From Myxococcota bacterium (GTDB lineage Bacteria > Myxococcota > SpSt-1050), in NCBI GenBank assembly GCA_049969675.1, contig JBMFOP010000026.1, forward strand, positions 1 to 33,227: DNA of 33,227 nt, given 5' to 3'. A model generated the notes under the pieces. It had not been told where the DNA came from. It did no database searches and saw only the letters and a list, made by a program, of their open reading frames with translations. A program made the position numbers and the translations under genes. Numbering within the stretch: position 1 is the stretch's first letter; each line of letters starts with the position of its first letter. Positions 28,321-33,227 of the stretch are shown piece by piece.

Positions 28321-28430
28321 CCGTCAGAATCTATCGTCCACCCCCTTCTGAGATGGGGAAAATACCCCGTCAACCTTCGGTTGCCACCCCATGTCAGAAA
28401 GATAATTCATCCCCCATATTAAGGGGTGTC
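28321..28430. repeat. Degenerate GC-rich palindromic repeat element between convergent genes
   Basis: Two related units CCGTCA...CCACCCC; inner hairpin CAACC-TTC-GGTTG; CCCC...GGGG hairpins. Confidence 0.5.
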
Positions 28431-28554
28431 AGTGCGTGAAAATACTTAAAAAATAACTTCAAGTGATGCTGGAAGAAAGATAAATTGGATGACAGGGGAT
28501 TTGAGGGGATAGAAAGTGCAAGGTCGGTTAAAGTTGATTTCAGAGGAGCCAATA

Positions 28555-29252
28555 TTACTCTTTACCTATTATCGTCCTCAATTCTATATATGCACCATAA
28601 GAAGGGGTATATGGTCCAGCCATATTGAGTGCCACAAATGAGGTATTAAGTGTTATGAGACCTTTTTTAAATTCAAATATAAATCCAGCGTCCATCTCAT
28701 CTGAGGCATTCTTGCTAGAATAATCTGTGCTCTGAATAAAATAGTTGATATATGGCTTAATGTTTGATGTAATATCCCAATTAAATTTTAATTCTCCAAT
28801 ATGTCCCTGCCTTATGGAATATCTCTTCAGATATCCCCAGCTCAGATTCTCATAAGTTGGATTTATCCTCCTCTCAGCCACATCAATCAACACAGTAGCA
28901 AAACCAAGAATCAGAAGAGGTTCGTCTTCAAATATCGGAATATGAAATCTAATCTCTGATACAAGGGCTGGGATAGATGCATAATCGCTTTCAAAGTGAT
29001 TGAATATAATTAATGGCTCAACTGCATAGGACAATCTTCTTTTGATAATCGGTCCTTTTGCATATATTTTGGTAGATTCTCTCCAACATCAACACCAAGA
29101 TAAAATAATCTGACCTCTGCACCGAGAGAGAGTGTATCAGTAATATCAAAATTGTGTGCATTCAATTTTGAGGGGCACTCACGAGCCAATCCAATACCTG
29201 AAATCAAAAATAGAAACAATAATATATTAAAAAGCAATAATTTTCTTGTCAT
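28555..29252 (-). pseudogene. Exported/outer-membrane protein split by an apparent -1 frameshift (ORFs 29010..29252 and 28555..29034)
   Basis: Upstream ORF has the signal peptide; the downstream frame is open back to ~29090; one extra A in CCAAAATAT joins them as ...GENLPKIYAKGPIIKRRLSYAVEP... Confidence 0.65.
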
Positions 29253-29255
29253 ACA

Positions 29256-30353
29256 TCAGTTATTCTTCGCCCCCTCATTGACCCATTTTAAGAAGAGGTT
29301 GTATTTGGTTCCACCTTTGGGCCATTTATTTGGATGGCCATTTCCACCGGATGCCCACCACAGGAAACCGTATGGGGCTTCTGGATTATTTACATCCACA
29401 TATCTCATCACCTCTGAATAATCAGAGACCGTACCGGTCAGCTTTACCCCGTGTTGTCCGGCATAATGACAGGACCTGCAATCAGTCTTAACAAGTGGGA
29501 CTATCTGAGCACTGAAAGAGACAGTAGATGTGTTCCCGGTATCACTCCCCACATCATAGCCTGCATCAAATCCGGTATCCTTTACACCCGAATCATATCC
29601 AGCATCATAACCCGTATCATAGCCATAATCAATACCCACATCATATCCACTGTCAAATGAACCAGAATCTGATCCACTATCAACATAAGAGGTATCAGTC
29701 CCATTATCTGCAACAACAATATCATTTACTCCATTTGAATCCGTTATATTACCGGCGTCCATCTCATTACTTTTACATAGTCCAAAGACTGGTTCTGCAC
29801 AATTATTGTCGCTGGCACACCTCCCAATGCCACTCCCGTCAATATAACATCTGGATGCGGTAACTACACTCAAATCCTCACATATACAGGAGATCTCTTC
29901 ACATTCCTCATCACTCTGACACTCACCAAAATTTGTATCAATACACCCCTCTTTTCCCCCATTAGCAATCCAGTTATACATAGTAAGATATTCCTTTGAG
30001 CCTTCGTTCCAGATCTTAGGGTGTTTCTTCTTACCTGTTGCATATTTTAATATAAGACTTTCATCGGGATTTTGAGTATCTGCATAGGAGTAGAGTATCT
30101 GATAATCATCTCTTAAACCAGTGACCTTGAATCTATATTCACCATTCTCATGACACCTTGAACAGTCCCTCTTTACCAGTGGCACAATGTCCTTTTCAAA
30201 GCAGGGGTTCTGATAATTTAAATCAAGTGAAATATCATTACAATACAATACAGAAAAAGATAAGATTATCAATAAAAAGCCAGATAGAATTAAAAAATTC
30301 TGATTCCTCTCAAACTTCCTTTTTAATATATTGTGGAATATATCCGTCTCCAC
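29256..30353 (-). CDS. Dihaem c-type cytochrome (two planctomycete-cytochrome-like domains), putative lipoprotein, with Cys-rich module and D-x-G-Y linker
   Basis: FEKDIVPLVKRDCSRCH...HP...WIANGG and FSAQIVPLVKTDCRSCH...HP...WVNEGA; hydrophobic segment ending VLYC. Confidence 0.8.
   Translation of the reverse strand: METDIFHNILKRKFERNQNFLILSGFLLIILSFSVLYCNDISLDLNYQNPCFEKDIVPLVKRDCSRCHENGEYRFKVTGLRDDYQILYSYADTQNPDESLILKYATGKKKHPKIWNEGSKEYLTMYNWIANGGKEGCIDTNFGECQSDEECEEISCICEDLSVVTASRCYIDGSGIGRCASDNNCAEPVFGLCKSNEMDAGNITDSNGVNDIVVADNGTDTSYVDSGSDSGSFDSGYDVGIDYGYDTGYDAGYDSGVKDTGFDAGYDVGSDTGNTSTVSFSAQIVPLVKTDCRSCHYAGQHGVKLTGTVSDYSEVMRYVDVNNPEAPYGFLWWASGGNGHPNKWPKGGTKYNLFLKWVNEGAKNN
29535..29681 (-). 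repeat. Low-complexity tetrapeptide repeat D-x-G-[YFISV] within the cytochrome
   Basis: DSGSDSGSFDSGYDVGIDYGYDTGYDAGYDSGVKDTGFDAGYDVGSDTG. Confidence 0.9.
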
Positions 30354-30489
30354 TCCAGATACCTCTATATAATAAGGAAATATCCACCATAAAAGATTTG
30401 TCTGAACCTACTAATTCTCAAATGTAAGTTAATGGATTCAACTACAAAACTATCAATCATCTCAACCTCATTACATTGCTTAAAGATGA

Positions 30490-30849
30490 TTATTCAGTAA
30501 CCTTTATCTTCCCCTCGCTGATTCCCTTCTTACTGCACTCCCTCCATACCCTTATTTCACCATCTTTTTCGGTGAGTTCTACCTCAATCTCATTTTTGAA
30601 AAGTCCCGGCTTCTCCTTCTTCCATCCACTCTCTTTAAGCTTCTTCACGCCTTTGTAATCAATATTGATATCATCATCTGCAAGGACACATTTTTTGTGC
30701 TCCCATTTCACAACAGCAACCACCTTTGCCACCTTATCTTTATCCACCTTTACCTTATCTCCCTGCTCAAATGTAATCTCACAGGCAAAGACTGATTTTA
30801 CCAATAATAAGAAAAGGACTGTTAGAAATAAAATTGAAAATCTCTTCAT
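30490..30849 (-). CDS. Small secreted hypothetical protein with three Cys
   Basis: Signal peptide (SVFA/CEI); EHKKC; REC. Confidence 0.75.
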   Translation of the reverse strand: MKRFSILFLTVLFLLLVKSVFACEITFEQGDKVKVDKDKVAKVVAVVKWEHKKCVLADDDINIDYKGVKKLKESGWKKEKPGLFKNEIEVELTEKDGEIRVWRECSKKGISEGKIKVTE

Positions 30850-30920
30850 AATGATAAACTCCTTTCTATACTAATTCAATTTACAAAATATAATAGGGTT
30901 GATGCATCTGAGATTTGCCC

Positions 30921-31304
30921 TCAATGATTGTGTTTATGCATCTCCTCTCCTTCGCCCTTCATCCCCTTCTCTTCATCCTTTTTATCTCTCTTCTCCTCCT
31001 TTACTCCCCCTTTTTTCTTTTCCTTTGTTCCATCCCCTTTTTTCTGACCATCTGAGAGATATTTTTCGGGGTCCTTGTCAAATGTTGGCTTGCACATATC
31101 ACAGCAGAAATAAATATGCTTACCTTTGTATTCAGAATGAGGTGTATCCTTTGAGATAGTAAACTCCTCACCGGTGACAGGACAGGTAGCCTTTACACCC
31201 TCTTTCTGTGGAGCATCAAATACCTTTGGCGCCTTCTGGGGATTATCTGCTGCAAACAGACCAATACTGAAAGTCAAAAACAAAATGATAAAGACATTTT
31301 TCAT
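30921..31304 (-). CDS. Secreted YHS-domain protein with charged, His-ending tail
   Basis: CPVTG...YKGKHIYFCCDMCKPTFDKDPEKY; ends MHKHNH. Confidence 0.88.
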   Translation of the reverse strand: MKNVFIILFLTFSIGLFAADNPQKAPKVFDAPQKEGVKATCPVTGEEFTISKDTPHSEYKGKHIYFCCDMCKPTFDKDPEKYLSDGQKKGDGTKEKKKGGVKEEKRDKKDEEKGMKGEGEEMHKHNH

Positions 31305-31321
31305 AAAAACCTCTTTAATTG

Positions 31322-32224
31322 TTATGATGCATCAGCCCTATTTTTGATTCCAAAACCAAATTTAATACAATCCACCTTACAGTTTGATTCACACTCTCTG
31401 CACATTATACATTCATAGTCATCTATTTTGGTACATCTGTCAGCCGTCTTTATTGCATCTACCGGACAGACCTTTAGACACCTCTCACAACCAGTACATT
31501 TGCTCCCAATATCTACCCCTACTTTTAGAAAACTGATTTTATTTATAAGACCCAGAAGGGCGCCCTCCGGGCAGAAGTATCGGCAATATGGTCTACTTAC
31601 AAATACACTGAGAATAAGCCAGAATGATAGCCACAGGACCATAAAGACCGAGCCGCTCATACTGAACAGTATATGAAATGGACCTATATGTTCAAAGAGC
31701 TTAAAATCACCGAACAATGTTGCAAAGATCAGGGCAAAAAGTAGAATAAATTTTGCTTTTTTCAATATCCTATCCAGATTTTCAGGGACCTCAATCTTAA
31801 AGTCCTCCTTGTAAATATACTCCTGAATTATTCCTTTGGGACAGATCCACACACAGTAATATCTTGAAAATAAAAGGGCAGTTATTACAAATACTCCAAT
31901 CTTGATAACATACATAGCCACAGGTCTGTGATTGACCAGTGCTGATATCATATATTCAATTGCACGAGGCACCCGTGGACAGGACATCTGTAAAAATCCG
32001 AACATAGCAAGAGATGCAAGCATTACAATAGGTCTTACATATTCGGTTCTCGGATAGTGGAATAAAAGAGATGGAACAATCAACATAAACATAAGAAATA
32101 ATTGATAATCCAGATTCCAGAATTTTACACCAGTAATCGGAATAAATGGGAGAGAGAGTGCTATAACAATAAGTAAATATGAAAAGATTTGCAAAATCTT
32201 ATATCTGGTAGATTGAATCACCAT
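31322..32224 (-). CDS. Membrane 4Fe-4S binding protein (NapH/MauN/YccM-like)
   Basis: Several TM helices; YCVWICPKG and YCRYFCPEG; CTGCERCLKVCP; CIMCRECESNC. Confidence 0.88.
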   Translation of the reverse strand: MVIQSTRYKILQIFSYLLIVIALSLPFIPITGVKFWNLDYQLFLMFMLIVPSLLFHYPRTEYVRPIVMLASLAMFGFLQMSCPRVPRAIEYMISALVNHRPVAMYVIKIGVFVITALLFSRYYCVWICPKGIIQEYIYKEDFKIEVPENLDRILKKAKFILLFALIFATLFGDFKLFEHIGPFHILFSMSGSVFMVLWLSFWLILSVFVSRPYCRYFCPEGALLGLINKISFLKVGVDIGSKCTGCERCLKVCPVDAIKTADRCTKIDDYECIMCRECESNCKVDCIKFGFGIKNRADAS

Positions 32225-32363
32225 AAACCGATTCTTCTACCATACTCATAAACTTTTTCAACATACTAAATCAGAATTGTTTTAATTTCTGAAAACTTTG
32301 TCATATTCTACCAGTTCTATAATATATTACCTGAGTTAATCCAACTTAATGCCAATTTAGAAT

Positions 32364-33074
32364 CTAAAAATTATATGGCAGTTCCTCTGCACTTAATTTA
32401 TCCTTTATAATATCAGCCCCATATTCTCTTAAAAGCTCATAGGAGTATGAATTTGTAACCGCGATGCATTTCATCCCCGCTGATTTGACTGATCTTATTC
32501 CAAAGAGTGAATCCTCTATCCCTGCGCAATCTTCTATATTTATATCCAGAAATTTCTCCTTTAGTCTTTTATATGCTGTAAGATAAGGTTCGGGGTCTGG
32601 CTTCCCTCTCAAATAATCACCTGCTGAGACTATAAATTCAAAATATTTGATGATGTTGAGCCTCTCTAAAATCACCTCTATCTCATCTCTCTGAGCGCCT
32701 GATGCCACTGCCAGCTTATAATATGAGGTTGCGGTCTTTACAAAATCTGTTAATCCCTCAAATGTCTGGATGGCACATTCCCCTTCTCTCTTATCTCCTC
32801 TAATCGTAATTGGGAGTCCCTTTAAAAGCGGAAAGAACCATCTCCTCTTCTCCTCAATCAATTCATTCAATAATTTTTCATCATACCTTATTCCGAGTTC
32901 AGTCAATATGCCAATAAAACAATCCCTATCCTGAAATGCCAGATAATTCTTCTTATAGTGCTCGTAAGTCATTGTGTAATTATACCTCTTCATTACTCTC
33001 AAAAAACCTTCAAAATGAAGAGGTTCCGTATCAACAATTACGCCATCAAAATCAAAGATTAGTGCCTTGAGCAT
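32364..33074 (-). CDS. HAD-superfamily phosphatase (beta-phosphoglucomutase-like)
   Basis: FDFDGVIVDTEP, VAS, GKPDPEPY, IEDSLFGIRSVKSAGM; ATG 33074 follows GAGG. Confidence 0.92.
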   Translation of the reverse strand: MLKALIFDFDGVIVDTEPLHFEGFLRVMKRYNYTMTYEHYKKNYLAFQDRDCFIGILTELGIRYDEKLLNELIEEKRRWFFPLLKGLPITIRGDKREGECAIQTFEGLTDFVKTATSYYKLAVASGAQRDEIEVILERLNIIKYFEFIVSAGDYLRGKPDPEPYLTAYKRLKEKFLDINIEDCAGIEDSLFGIRSVKSAGMKCIAVTNSYSYELLREYGADIIKDKLSAEELPYNF

Positions 33075-33227
33075 ATTCAAACCTCTCAAATATCAAACAT
33101 ATAATCAATAAAATCTGTTTATGCAATCTATTTTCTACCCCTGCTGACAGGAATAATCTGATTTCCACTGCTGTCCGTAATAATCTGCTGTTAAGAGTTA
33201 AGTGTTTGTAAATAAGTTGCTAAAACA

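Noticed and set aside
29535..29681. CRISPR or DNA-level tandem array
   Set aside because: The repeat is conserved at peptide level with variable codons inside an ORF; no repeat-spacer structure or cas genes.
30280..30325. Alternative TTG start (MRGIRIF..) joined to the cytochrome by a T6-to-T7 frameshift
   Set aside because: The existing frame is open from GTG 30353 with a well-spaced GAGG, so no indel is needed, though it is not excluded.
829..31676. Short ORFs (60-150 aa) overlapping or antisense to the called genes, e.g. 11942..12394, 5931..6332, 14932..15297
   Set aside because: Shadow frames of well-supported genes with no motifs or start signals.
33191..33227. Possible 3' end of a minus-strand gene (..VLATYLQTLNS*)
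   Set aside because: Too short at the window edge to support.

Overview
AT-rich bacterial chromosomal window (roughly 35-40% GC by eye) with about 25 protein-coding genes. I found no rRNA, tRNA, CRISPR array or transposase. Housekeeping and energy genes are ilvE, plsY, a HAD phosphatase and a three-gene NuoE/NuoF/(NuoG+GltD+degenerate molybdopterin-domain) operon that looks like an NfnABC/Bfu-type electron-bifurcating enzyme. They sit among many exported proteins with a myxobacterial character: papain-like, NlpC/P60, matrixin and M64 hydrolases, a purple acid phosphatase, a BNR propeller, a Ser/Thr kinase with a PEGA domain and a dihaem cytochrome. The main observation is that four unrelated, dispersed, signal-peptide-bearing proteins end in the same acidic linker followed by G-C-x-C-x-x-[IL]-[EF]-stop. 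This resembles a MYXO-CTERM signal lacking its transmembrane helix and Arg tail, and is a candidate CaaX-like C-terminal lipidation/sorting system. Two apparent frameshifts (kinase 5' end; outer-membrane gene after the cytochrome) and two REP-like elements are also present. Functional calls rest on motif recognition only; no searches were run.
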